DNA of 64,000 nucleotides from Candidatus Hermodarchaeota archaeon (lineage in GTDB: Archaea > Asgardarchaeota > Lokiarchaeia > Sigyniarchaeales > SOKP01), in the NCBI GenBank assembly GCA_048885925.1, contig JBHLLG010000001.1:99105-163104 (forward strand), written 5' to 3'. This document shows positions 50,080-59,747 of the stretch, one piece after another. The position numbers and the translations under genes were made by a program. Each line of letters opens with the position of its first letter. Within the stretch, counting starts at the first letter, position 1. The notes beneath the pieces were generated by a model. That model made no database searches and was not told where the DNA came from. It was given only the letters and a program-made list of their open reading frames with translations.

Positions 50080-51264
50080 TTAATATTGTTTCTTACCAAG
50101 TAGCTCTCTCGCTACAATCATTTTCATAACTTCAGAACTGCCTTCTGCAAGTGAGAATGATCTGACTGCTCTCCATGCAGCTTGGTCAGGGCACTCTCGT
50201 GAATATCCAAACGCACCTTGCCATTGCATAACATCATTTATTGCATTACAAGCCCATTCAGAACAGAACATTTTTCCCATAGCAACAATTTTACTGGTTT
50301 CAAATCTGCTTGCTTTCCCTTGCTGTTCTAAGTCAATAGTCTTTAATGCTCTATAACCCCAATCTCTTAGCATATTTAATCTAGTATAGTGTTCAGAGAG
50401 CTTAAAATTAATTCCTTGATATTGTGATAATGATTTTCCAAATGATTTTCTTTCCTTGATATAATTCATTCCATTTTCTAAAGATTTTAAACCTGCGGAA
50501 GCGCATATAACTGTAATTAATGCCCTTGCGTATTCATATCCCTCATGTAAAATATAGAATCCTTTGTTTTCTTCACCGATTATGTAATGCTTAGGGATCT
50601 TTACATTGTCAATTGAAAAACCTCCACACGATATTCCTTCTCGTCCTAAATCAGCAATATATGTAGGAGTAATCCCTTCAGCGGTTAAAGGTAAATAGAA
50701 ACAAGTCATTCCCCTCGTTCCTTTTTCTGGGGTCTGATGAGCAATGGTAACATGACCACCACCATGAGTTACAGCTTCTCGAACTCCACTGATATACATT
50801 TTCTCACCATTTACCACAAATCCATCCCCATCTGGCTTTATTGTTGTCTTGATACCACCAACATCAGAGCCGGCATCGCTTTCAGTTGTAGCTATTCCAA
50901 GAAACCATTCTCCTAAGACTGTTTTTGGAAAAATTTCTTGCTTTGCTTCTTCTGTTCCATATTTGTTCAAAAGGAAACCCCAAGATGCTGGAACTAAGTA
51001 ATATACACACGTAGAGCCTGTACAATCTGCTCGTGCCAGTTCTTCAGCAATTACACCAGCACTTACAGCGTCTAAACCGGGTCCTCCATATTTTTCATCA
51101 GCTGTACATGTCATTAGTCCTAATTCAGCCATTCCTTTAACGACATCTCTTGGAATTTCTTTAGTTTCTTCCATTTTAAGAGCAATCGGCGCTATTTTAC
51201 TCTGAGCGAATTCTCTTACGGATTCTCTAATCATTTCTTGCTCTTCAGTAAATTTAATACTCAT
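50080..51264 (-). CDS. Acyl-CoA dehydrogenase (possibly cyclic acyl-CoA specific)
   Basis: IATTESDAGSD, VNGEKMYIS, ERKSFG, QWQGAFGY, AEGSSEVMK; GAGGT SD. Confidence 0.88.
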   Translation of the reverse strand: MSIKFTEEQEMIRESVREFAQSKIAPIALKMEETKEIPRDVVKGMAELGLMTCTADEKYGGPGLDAVSAGVIAEELARADCTGSTCVYYLVPASWGFLLNKYGTEEAKQEIFPKTVLGEWFLGIATTESDAGSDVGGIKTTIKPDGDGFVVNGEKMYISGVREAVTHGGGHVTIAHQTPEKGTRGMTCFYLPLTAEGITPTYIADLGREGISCGGFSIDNVKIPKHYIIGEENKGFYILHEGYEYARALITVICASAGLKSLENGMNYIKERKSFGKSLSQYQGINFKLSEHYTRLNMLRDWGYRALKTIDLEQQGKASRFETSKIVAMGKMFCSEWACNAINDVMQWQGAFGYSRECPDQAAWRAVRSFSLAEGSSEVMKMIVARELLGKKQY

Positions 51265-51356
51265 AATTCTTACCTCATTGTTAATAATTTAACTGTATAC
51301 CTTTAAATTACGTAAAATTCTTAAGGTTTATCATTCAGTTAAAATATCGAATTAAT

Positions 51357-51376
51357 TGGGAATAAAATGGGACTAA
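51357..51376. promoter_or_regulatory. Candidate operator upstream of acd-etfB-etfA operon
   Basis: TGGGAATAAAATGGGACTAA; reverse complement is 18/20 identical to 33734-33753. Confidence 0.55.
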
Positions 51377-51400
51377 TGAATAAAAAGACAGAAACCAACT

Positions 51401-51808
51401 CTACTGTTCTACGATTGTAAAGCCTGTTTTTTTTAAAAGATTTAGAGCTTCTTCTATTATTGTATCATCAACTCGTAAAATAAGCATAGATTCGTCTTTA
51501 ACTAATGTAGAATAAAAATAATCAATATTAATTTCATTATCTCCTAATGTTTTAGGTATCTCATACAATGCATTTGGATGATCATTCAACCGTACGGCAA
51601 TGACCTGTGTGGTTGATAATATAAAATCCCTTTCCTCCAATAGATCAATACATTTTTCTGGTTTATCTACTAAAATCAAAATCAAACCATAATCACTTGT
51701 TTTTGCTACAGTTAAAGCTCGTATAAAGATCTTATTATCCATAAGAAGTTTTATGAAGTTTGCAAGCTCACCAGGTCGATCCTCGAGATATACACTAAGC
51801 TGAATCAT
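51401..51808 (-). CDS. Tandem ACT-domain protein
   Basis: QLSVYLEDRPGEL, IRALTVA.TSDYG, NINIDY-like INIDYFYS. Confidence 0.85.
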   Translation of the reverse strand: MIQLSVYLEDRPGELANFIKLLMDNKIFIRALTVAKTSDYGLILILVDKPEKCIDLLEERDFILSTTQVIAVRLNDHPNALYEIPKTLGDNEINIDYFYSTLVKDESMLILRVDDTIIEEALNLLKKTGFTIVEQ

Positions 51809-51912
51809 TTTTAAAATTTTTTTGAAATTAAATTGATGTTAATTTTTAATATTCCCTTTTTTTTAAACTTAGTAAAAAAATTATTATGAATAAGTGATCT
51901 TAAATTAAACTG

Positions 51913-52671
51913 ATGCTTAAGGATTTTTACGAGAAACATAAAAATTTTTCTTTTAGAACATTATCAGAGTACTTCTTATCTCCTGGAATAAGATGCAAAT
52001 TTGATCTTTTGAAAGAGAATATTAACACTAAAAGAGAATTTTTTAGTGGTATTGATCTTGGCTCTTCTGGAAATTCTATTCTTTCTTTTTTAGATAATAT
52101 TAATCATAAATCTTTTCTTGATATTGCAAACCTCCCATTAAAGCAATATGTAAGTTTACCTGCCTGCCATCCTTTATGTGGTGATCTTATATCATTACCA
52201 TATAAAGATAACACTTTTGATTTTGTGAGTGCTCTTGATGTTTTAGAACATGTTAAGAATGATGAGTTAGCTGTATTAGAGATAAGCAGAATACTAAGGA
52301 AAAATGGAATAGCTGTAATTACAGTCCCTCACAGAATGAAATATTATACAAATCAAGATAAAATAATAGGACACTATAGAAGATATGAAATAAATCAAAT
52401 AATACCCATGTTTAATAAATTCAATTTAAGAAAATTAAAAATTTTTGGTGTGTATGGTAGTTTGATGATAATTGCAGATATTCAATCTGCCAATCCTAAA
52501 AAAGTAGAAAAAAATCTTATAGATTTAAGAAAGAAGTATGAATCTAACAGTATTTTTCGAAAATTTTGGAATATAATAGTTAGAATTTTTTCCACGTTCA
52601 TGAAAATAGATGCTAAATATCATTCTAATAATAGAATTAGAAATTTAGGATTAGTCTTTATAAAAAAATAA
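51913..52671 (+). CDS. Class I SAM-dependent methyltransferase (Methyltransf_11)
   Basis: IDLGSSG, LPYKDNTFDFVSALDVLEHV, ITVP, GHYRRY. Confidence 0.85.
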   Translation: MLKDFYEKHKNFSFRTLSEYFLSPGIRCKFDLLKENINTKREFFSGIDLGSSGNSILSFLDNINHKSFLDIANLPLKQYVSLPACHPLCGDLISLPYKDNTFDFVSALDVLEHVKNDELAVLEISRILRKNGIAVITVPHRMKYYTNQDKIIGHYRRYEINQIIPMFNKFNLRKLKIFGVYGSLMIIADIQSANPKKVEKNLIDLRKKYESNSIFRKFWNIIVRIFSTFMKIDAKYHSNNRIRNLGLVFIKK

Positions 52672-52683
52672 ATAATTCAAAAA

Positions 52684-53076
52684 TTACTCAAGATTTCTTT
52701 TTTTTATTTTTTCGAAAAGTTTTTTATATTCTTCTATATACTTCTCTTCATTTGTTTGTTCAATCTTTTTAAGAAGTTCTACTGATTTTGTTAGAATCTC
52801 AGATTCCTTTTTGATTTTTTCGTAGTATATTTTTTTAGTTTCTGAAGTTTTTGCTAATTGTAATTGATCTTCATACTCTTTAATTGATGATTTAATTTCA
52901 TTTTGAGACTTAATTACAGATAATGCTAATTCCTTCTTTCTTTGTTCTAATTTTATGCAATTTTCACATACTATTTCACCCGAAATTTCTTGATCCTTTT
53001 TAACCATAAACGGATTTCCACAAAGAGTACAAGGAACAAGCTTTAAAACAAAATTGTCGTTGTTAGAATCGGGCAT
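52684..53076 (-). CDS. Zinc-ribbon + coiled-coil hypothetical protein
   Basis: CTLCGNPF...CENC followed by K/E-rich helix. Confidence 0.75.
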   Translation of the reverse strand: MPDSNNDNFVLKLVPCTLCGNPFMVKKDQEISGEIVCENCIKLEQRKKELALSVIKSQNEIKSSIKEYEDQLQLAKTSETKKIYYEKIKKESEILTKSVELLKKIEQTNEEKYIEEYKKLFEKIKKRNLE

Positions 53077-53207
53077 ATTTAAATGATAATTAAATGCTAA
53101 CTTAAATATTTACTTAATATTATTATCTTGTCATAATAATATATTATTATTTTATTTAGTTCTCCCTTTATAGAAAAATAATAAAATCTTAAGGTTTTTC
53201 TAATAAT

Positions 53208-54005
53208 ATGGATATAATTGCATTTTTAATCTTATTAATTTCTGGGTTTGTATTTGGAATTATTAGTAGTATTGCAGGAGTAGGAGGGGGTGTCTTTTTT
53301 GTCAGTTTTATGGTGCTTTTATATGCAATTCCTATTAATATAGCAATAGATACATCAATATTAATTATTTTAATCTCCTCTGGAGCGGGATGTATTACCT
53401 ATTTTAAAGCTGAAAGACTTAATTTTAAACAAGTCTTAATTTTTTCTTCTTTTTCAATATTAGGTGGTTTTTGCAGTACTTTATTATTTTTATTTATTGA
53501 GTTAGATAATACTATTTTAAAAATATCGTTTGCATCAATTTTATTAGTAGCTGGATTAAATATGATTTATAAAGCAATTAAAACTAAAAATGAGAAAGAA
53601 AATCAGGATGGTATAAAGTTTACCAATGTTGATTTACAACTCCATGATTACAAAACTAACTTAAAAAAGTCAATACCTTTATTCTTTCTAGCGGGATTTA
53701 TAGCAAATTTATTAGGAGTCGGAGGAGGAATTATTAATACCCCTGTGCTTCATATTATCCTTAATTATCCAATCCATAATGCCACAGCTATATCTGTAGG
53801 AATTATTTTTTTTACGGCCATCTACAATACTATTGCTAAAAGTATCGTTGGTCAAATTAATTACATTATTGGTATTTTTATTGGAATAGGTTCGATAGCA
53901 GGCTCTATATGTGGAGCAAAAATTTCTGGTAAAATGCCAAAGAAACAATTGCAATTTTTTGTTGCGATTGTATTGATGGGTTTAGCCATAAGAATGTACT
54001 TTTAG
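53208..54005 (+). CDS. Sulfite exporter TauE/SafE family permease
   Basis: AGVGGGVF and LLGVGGGII.TP repeats, AIDTS/ATAIS, multiple TM helices. Confidence 0.88.
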   Translation: MDIIAFLILLISGFVFGIISSIAGVGGGVFFVSFMVLLYAIPINIAIDTSILIILISSGAGCITYFKAERLNFKQVLIFSSFSILGGFCSTLLFLFIELDNTILKISFASILLVAGLNMIYKAIKTKNEKENQDGIKFTNVDLQLHDYKTNLKKSIPLFFLAGFIANLLGVGGGIINTPVLHIILNYPIHNATAISVGIIFFTAIYNTIAKSIVGQINYIIGIFIGIGSIAGSICGAKISGKMPKKQLQFFVAIVLMGLAIRMYF

Positions 54006-54111
54006 AAGGTGATTATCAAAAATTTATAAATTTTGATACTTAAATTTTAATTGGACACTTTCAAAAAATATGATATCTAATCCAAATTAAAAAGTAAATT
54101 CGGAGAAAAAA

Positions 54112-54342
54112 ATGGTAAAAGTAAAGGACATTGAGAAGATTATGGATGATTTTATGATTGAAGCAGATGATAAATTTATTGATATCAAACGTTATCTTCT
54201 CAGCGAGTTTGATTGGAAAGTAGATCCTCATAAGAAATCACAATTTATGATTAGAGGCATTCCAATAGAAGATAATATGAAATTAAGTGATTTATTAAAA
54301 TCCTATTTACCTGATGAAGTGTTAACTCTTAGAGAAATTTAA
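54112..54342 (+). CDS. 76-aa ubiquitin-like (beta-grasp) protein lacking C-terminal GG
   Basis: IEADDKFIDIKRYL resembles Ub VEPSDTIENVKAKI; SQFMIRGIPIEDNMKLSDL resembles QRLIFAGKQLEDGRTLSDY; GGAG SD. Confidence 0.55.
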   Translation: MVKVKDIEKIMDDFMIEADDKFIDIKRYLLSEFDWKVDPHKKSQFMIRGIPIEDNMKLSDLLKSYLPDEVLTLREI

Positions 54343-54411
54343 AAATGGTAAATTAGCTTAACCTAATTTTTGATTAATAATTATTTTTGTTATAAATAAA
54401 GTAAATACATT

Positions 54412-55512
54412 ATGGTGAAATTGATTAAATCTGAAAATAATAATGAAATTTCTATTAGTGATCAAATAAAAAAGTTTGCTATAAATGGTCTTTATGGATT
54501 TAATACCATTATATTAATTGGAATGGGTAGACGTTTAGGTATTTTTAATTACTTACATGAAAAAGCTAAATCATCATATAGTTCTGGTAAAAATACTGAA
54601 ATAATTTTTACACCAATCGAACTTTCTGAAAATTTAAATTTGGACTTTAAATATTTAGATGGTTTTCTTCATTTGGCTCTTGAATGTGGAATATTTGAGA
54701 TTGAAAATTCTGAAAAAAAAATTTTGAAAACAGCGCCTTATGTATATGATTTACTTATCGACCGAAATAATGAATTTTATATTGGAGGGACGCTTGGTGC
54801 ATTCTATTATATAGCTCCAGCTCAGGATACATTAATAGAGCATTTTAAAACAGGTAGAGTATGGAGTATCAATGATTTACCTGGAGATGTTATGAAAGAC
54901 ATACAGGAACGGGGTGCTAGGTTTGGAGCTTTAGTAGAAAGATTGTTTTCCAAAAAATTTGAAAATTTTTGCAATAATATCAAAGGGAGAGTTACCATTC
55001 TTGAGGTAGGATGTGGATACGGATTTAATTTAGAAACCTGGGCAAAAAAATATAAAAAGATAAGATTTGTTGGAATTGATATCGATCCTATTGCATTAGC
55101 TCATGCAAAAAAAATAATAGATATAAATAATTGGAATGAAAGGATTGAAATTTTTGAGACTACTGTTGATAAATTTAGCCACTCCTTCAAAAAGAAGTTC
55201 GATTTGATTATATTAAATCAAGTTCTTCATGAGATGAACATTGATGAGAATTACCGAAAAGATGTATTTAAGAATCTATATTCCTTGTTGAAGGATGATG
55301 GGATTCTACTTATTGGAGAGAGTATGATTCCTGACACTTTTGCTCCAAAAAAAAAATTCCAACTTTTTGATATTACTCACAAGTTTACAGAAGTAAAGGC
55401 TTCACTTTTTTACGATGAAAAAACCTTTCGAGAGTTCATTTCCTCAACACCCTTTACACAATCAGAATTTATCAAAGAGGGTGGGAGTAGTATATGGGTA
55501 ATTAGAAAGTGA
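54412..55512 (+). CDS. SAM-dependent methyltransferase with N-terminal winged-helix/dimerisation domain (Rv2258c-like)
   Basis: GRRLGIF, ILEVGCGYG, FVGIDID, DLIILNQVLHE, LKDDGILLIGE. Confidence 0.85.
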   Translation: MVKLIKSENNNEISISDQIKKFAINGLYGFNTIILIGMGRRLGIFNYLHEKAKSSYSSGKNTEIIFTPIELSENLNLDFKYLDGFLHLALECGIFEIENSEKKILKTAPYVYDLLIDRNNEFYIGGTLGAFYYIAPAQDTLIEHFKTGRVWSINDLPGDVMKDIQERGARFGALVERLFSKKFENFCNNIKGRVTILEVGCGYGFNLETWAKKYKKIRFVGIDIDPIALAHAKKIIDINNWNERIEIFETTVDKFSHSFKKKFDLIILNQVLHEMNIDENYRKDVFKNLYSLLKDDGILLIGESMIPDTFAPKKKFQLFDITHKFTEVKASLFYDEKTFREFISSTPFTQSEFIKEGGSSIWVIRK

Positions 55513-55626
55513 AAAATTAACTCAATAATCTCATCAGTTTTACATCTTATTACTTTTTGTGCTCTTATAAATAAATTTATTAAGAATAAAATGAAAAGTT
55601 TGATTAATAAACTAATAATTAAAATA

Positions 55627-55654
55627 AGGGCAAACTAAATAGATCCTATTTTAA
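55627..55654 (+). repeat. Conserved 28-bp upstream element, copy 1
   Basis: AGGGCAAACTAAATAGATCCTATTTTAA; 27/28 identical to 59692-59719. Confidence 0.75.
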
Positions 55655-55683
55655 GTGAATAAATTCACCTCTAGCGTTCTCAT

Positions 55684-58600
55684 ATGGCAGAATTAACTCA
55701 AGTAGAAGATTTATTGGAAAAGGCATTAACTGAAGAAAATGCTTATAACTGGAAACAAGCAGCGAAACTATATAAACAAATTGCAGAATTGTATTTAATT
55801 AGGGGAGCCAAGGAAAGAGCAGCTGAAAACTATATGAAATGTGGAATGTCGTATTTTGATGCTGTAAATGCATCAGAAAATGTTGGTGAATTAGAAGAAA
55901 ATACTAAATACTTACTCAAATCCCTGAAGGCCGGTGCTAAAATCAATAAGGAGATTGGAAATATGTCTGACGCGTTAGAATGTGATGGATTAGTATTTCT
56001 GACTCAAGCACTATATTTTATGGAGGCCAAGCAAGAAATCCTGAATTCAGCTAAACAATCTTTTGAGTTTCTTAATAAAGCCATCGAACTTTTTGATAAA
56101 GAAAAAACAAATAAAAATGATCTAGCGAGAAAATTATATAATTGTTCATTTGCTACGGTTTTCCTAGTTTATTGTAGTTTCGATAAAATAAATTTAGATG
56201 AAACCTTGCAAAAAGGTTTCGATTTCGCGTATGATGCTTGGAAAATATCAAAAGATGTTAAAGACTTGAAAATTCTCACTGATTCACTAGATTTGGAGAT
56301 CAATAATTTATGGAGTTTAGTTGCTTTCTTAAAAGATTTCCAGAAAGATGAAAGTTGGATTGAATATTTGAGAAATTTTCTTGTAAGGTGTGATGAAAGC
56401 TTAAAAATTATAGGAGAATGTAAAAATTCTCGCATACTTCGATCGATTTATTCAGCTATGGGTTTGGCTTATGTTAACCTTGCGCATTATTATATTGAGG
56501 AAGAAATAGAACAACGAAAATTATTTGATAAGGGTTTGGACTTTCTGGAACAAAGCATAGAATTTGCTCGAGAATCAAGAAATAATAATGCTTTAATTTA
56601 TCTCTTATATTGGATAAATTTCTTAGCCCTTGTAGCTGGTAAAATAAACTTTCTTCAAAAAAGAATTAGTAATGATATTGATGAGATCACCAAGATAGGA
56701 GTTATATTTGAAACTACAAATTTAGCTTCATACCCATTTGCATATTACTTACCTGCTTTTTATTACTCAAACATTGCTCAGTGGAGCATTTTTACTCCAA
56801 CCCAAAGAATTTCTTATGCTAAAAAAAGTATTGAGTATACTAAAAAAGCTTTAGGAATATCAGCAAGTACACTTGTTGATACTTGGATGTGTCAAGCGTT
56901 AGTCTGGTCATATTCTCAATTAATTAATCTAACAGCAATAAAAGAAGAGCGTAAAGACCTTATTCAAAAGATGCTTAAGTTTACGAATCAAGCTAAAAAT
57001 TTTGGAGAAAAATCTGAAGGTGGCTTAATTCGTGCCGCTGGTTATTCTTCCATATATAAGGCTTATAAAACACTAGCAGATATTGCTGAAAATAAAGAAG
57101 AAAAAATTAAAACTTTAATTATTGCCGTTAACGCGAATAAAAATTATATAAAACATGCTAGGGAATCTAGAACTGGTAATATATCAGCTAGATTGCGATT
57201 AGGACTTCTATATGAAGAATTAGGTATTTTATCATCAAATAACGATACAGTTCTCCAAGCGAGAGAGTTATTTGATAAATTAATTGATGAATGCATTGAT
57301 AGAAGATATTACTCGTATGCTGCTGCTGCCTGTGAATATTCTGCTCGGATTGAAGACAGATTAGGCAATTATCTTGTTTCAGCAGATTATTATGGAAGAG
57401 CTAAAAATGGATATTCGGATTCATTGAAAAATGCTGAATATAAGCTCCTTAAAAATAGAATTAATGAAAAAATAAATTATGTAAATGCTTGGAGTTTTAT
57501 TGAAAATGCAAAAGCATCCCATAAAAAAGAGAATCATCTTAAAGCTAAGGAAAACTATGAAAGAGCTATTGAAATTTTAAAGAATCTACCAAATTTTAAG
57601 TTTGAATCAAAATATTACTTAGCTTGGGCGGAACAGGAAGAAGCTGAAAGACTCAGCAAACTTGAGAAACACAAGGAAGCTACAGAACATTATGAAAAAA
57701 CCAAAACAGTTTTTGATGATTCTATAAAAGTCATGGAGGATGTGGCTAATAAGATTAAAGATAAATTCACATTAGAAAGGATAAAAAAACTTGAAAAAGT
57801 AGCACGATTACGAATTAAATACTGTTCAGCTAGATCAAATGTAGAAAAAGCGAGAATTCTAGGAAAACAAGGTGAATATTGTGCTGCTGCTGAATTGTTT
57901 GCTTCTGCTGCATCTGAATTTAGAGATGTTTGCAATTTATTTAAAATTGAACGAGAACGAGGAGAACTTGAGGCAGTTTATTATCTCTGTAGAGCATGGG
58001 AAAGCATGGAACTTGCTGAAAAATATTCTGACCCAGAAAGATTTGCAAAGGCAGCAACCCTATTCACTAAAGCAAGTGGACTTTTTAGTGATAGTAAATT
58101 AAAATTACTCGCATCTGGTAATTCCGCATTCTGTCAAGCATTGGAATTAGGATGTGAATTTGATGAAACTTTTGAATATAATTTAAAAGCTGAATTGTAT
58201 CCAAAAATAAGGTCAATTTTAAGAAAGGCTGCCTCCTCTTATGAAAAGGGGGGTTTTGAAAACGGAAGTAATTGGGCTTTAGCAACCGCGACTCATTTTG
58301 ATGCTACTTGGTCCTTGATTAAAGCGGATGAAGAATTAGAATTTGAAGAAAGGAAAAAACTGTTGGGAATTGGATCGGATTATTTGAAATCAGCAGCAGA
58401 ACTTTTTAGTAAAGCAGGTTATAATGATAAAGAAAGAGAGATATTAAAACGTTTAGACATGGTAGAGAAGGAAGAAAAAATTATTTTTTCGGCTTTAAAT
58501 TCAATTGAAAAACCAAAAATATCAGGAAGTACCGTTGGAATTATCGCTCCGGCATGTTCATTAGAAACTAGCCAATCCCCTAGATTAGGTGAAGTTACTC

Positions 58601-59523
58601 AATTTACTCTAGAAGAAAGAAGAGCCATTGTAGAGAGATCTGCTAAAAAAAAATATGAAATAATCTATAGAGATTTGTTTAAGGAATATCCAAGAGCTCA
58701 AAAAAGAGAATTTAAAGTTGGCATTGCCCAAATTGGCGTATCTAAATCAGGTAATATTATGGGAGAATTCTATAACATGACATCTTCCGGTCTATTGGGA
58801 CTCAGAAAGGATAAAGTTGAAAGTATCCGAAGTATTGTTAGAAATATGATTGAAAATGCGAATAAAGAAGGTATTAGCGTTTTAATTTTCCCAGAAATGT
58901 CAATTGACCTCAATTACGGAGAATTTTTAGAAGATATTTCATATTTTGCCAAATTATATGAAATGTATATAATTCCAGGCTCTTTTCACAACCAAGGAAC
59001 AAAACAAAATATTGCTATGGTTTTTGGACCAGATGGGATTCTTTGGGAACAAGAAAAACATATTCCTGCTATAATACATTTTAGAGGAAAAAGATTTAAG
59101 GAAAATATAGAAATTGAAGCCCTCCCTCGAAAAATATTTGTATGCAATACCGAATTTGGCCGAATAGCGATTGTTATTTGTCGTGATTTCCTTGATATGG
59201 ATTTGAGGGTAGAGTTAAAAAATTTTGAACCTCCTGTTGACATTATTTTGAATCCTGCCTTTACACCTGTTACTTCTGATTTTAAAGCAATACACTTCGA
59301 TGCTCGGAGATCTATCTATGCTTACTGTTTTTTTGCTAATATTGCTGAATTCGGTGAATCTTTAATATACACTCCAGAAAAGGATCGCACTGAAAGAATT
59401 CTTCAAGCAAAAGAAGAAGGTTTAATATATAAAGAAGTGGATCTATTTAAATTGCGTTCTGAACGGAAAAAATGGGAAAAAAAAGAAAATAATGAAGTCA
59501 AATTCATTCAAAGTACAAGATAG
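55684..59523 (+). CDS. SNAP/TPR-like helical-repeat protein with C-terminal carbon-nitrogen hydrolase (nitrilase) domain, copy 1
   Basis: About 950 aa of TPR-like helices, then KVGIAQI, LIFPEM (Glu), EQEKHIP (Lys), VICRDF (Cys), FFANIA. Confidence 0.85.
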   Translation: MAELTQVEDLLEKALTEENAYNWKQAAKLYKQIAELYLIRGAKERAAENYMKCGMSYFDAVNASENVGELEENTKYLLKSLKAGAKINKEIGNMSDALECDGLVFLTQALYFMEAKQEILNSAKQSFEFLNKAIELFDKEKTNKNDLARKLYNCSFATVFLVYCSFDKINLDETLQKGFDFAYDAWKISKDVKDLKILTDSLDLEINNLWSLVAFLKDFQKDESWIEYLRNFLVRCDESLKIIGECKNSRILRSIYSAMGLAYVNLAHYYIEEEIEQRKLFDKGLDFLEQSIEFARESRNNNALIYLLYWINFLALVAGKINFLQKRISNDIDEITKIGVIFETTNLASYPFAYYLPAFYYSNIAQWSIFTPTQRISYAKKSIEYTKKALGISASTLVDTWMCQALVWSYSQLINLTAIKEERKDLIQKMLKFTNQAKNFGEKSEGGLIRAAGYSSIYKAYKTLADIAENKEEKIKTLIIAVNANKNYIKHARESRTGNISARLRLGLLYEELGILSSNNDTVLQARELFDKLIDECIDRRYYSYAAAACEYSARIEDRLGNYLVSADYYGRAKNGYSDSLKNAEYKLLKNRINEKINYVNAWSFIENAKASHKKENHLKAKENYERAIEILKNLPNFKFESKYYLAWAEQEEAERLSKLEKHKEATEHYEKTKTVFDDSIKVMEDVANKIKDKFTLERIKKLEKVARLRIKYCSARSNVEKARILGKQGEYCAAAELFASAASEFRDVCNLFKIERERGELEAVYYLCRAWESMELAEKYSDPERFAKAATLFTKASGLFSDSKLKLLASGNSAFCQALELGCEFDETFEYNLKAELYPKIRSILRKAASSYEKGGFENGSNWALATATHFDATWSLIKADEELEFEERKKLLGIGSDYLKSAAELFSKAGYNDKEREILKRLDMVEKEEKIIFSALNSIEKPKISGSTVGIIAPACSLETSQSPRLGEVTQFTLEERRAIVERSAKKKYEIIYRDLFKEYPRAQKREFKVGIAQIGVSKSGNIMGEFYNMTSSGLLGLRKDKVESIRSIVRNMIENANKEGISVLIFPEMSIDLNYGEFLEDISYFAKLYEMYIIPGSFHNQGTKQNIAMVFGPDGILWEQEKHIPAIIHFRGKRFKENIEIEALPRKIFVCNTEFGRIAIVICRDFLDMDLRVELKNFEPPVDIILNPAFTPVTSDFKAIHFDARRSIYAYCFFANIAEFGESLIYTPEKDRTERILQAKEEGLIYKEVDLFKLRSERKKWEKKENNEVKFIQSTR

Positions 59524-59691
59524 TTAGAACTATCTCTAAAACTATGGAACTAACTTTGAATGAAAAATATTAAAGTAAAAGCAGAATAAAGAAATCTAAA
59601 TATCTTAAATAATTACCATCTTAATCTTGAATTATAATTAAATTTATTAAGTATAAAACGAAAGATTAATCAATATAAATTAGTATTCTAT

Positions 59692-59719
59692 AGGGCAAAT
59701 TAAATAGATCCTATTTTAA
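59692..59719 (+). repeat. Conserved 28-bp upstream element, copy 2
   Basis: AGGGCAAATTAAATAGATCCTATTTTAA; nearly the same distance to ATG as copy 1. Confidence 0.75.
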
Positions 59720-59747
59720 TTTACAAATTTAGTTTTTAATCTCTCAT

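Noticed and set aside
53133-53150. Perfect 18-bp palindrome ATAATAATATATTATTAT
   Set aside because: Purely A/T, low complexity; plausible by chance in this AT-rich intergenic DNA
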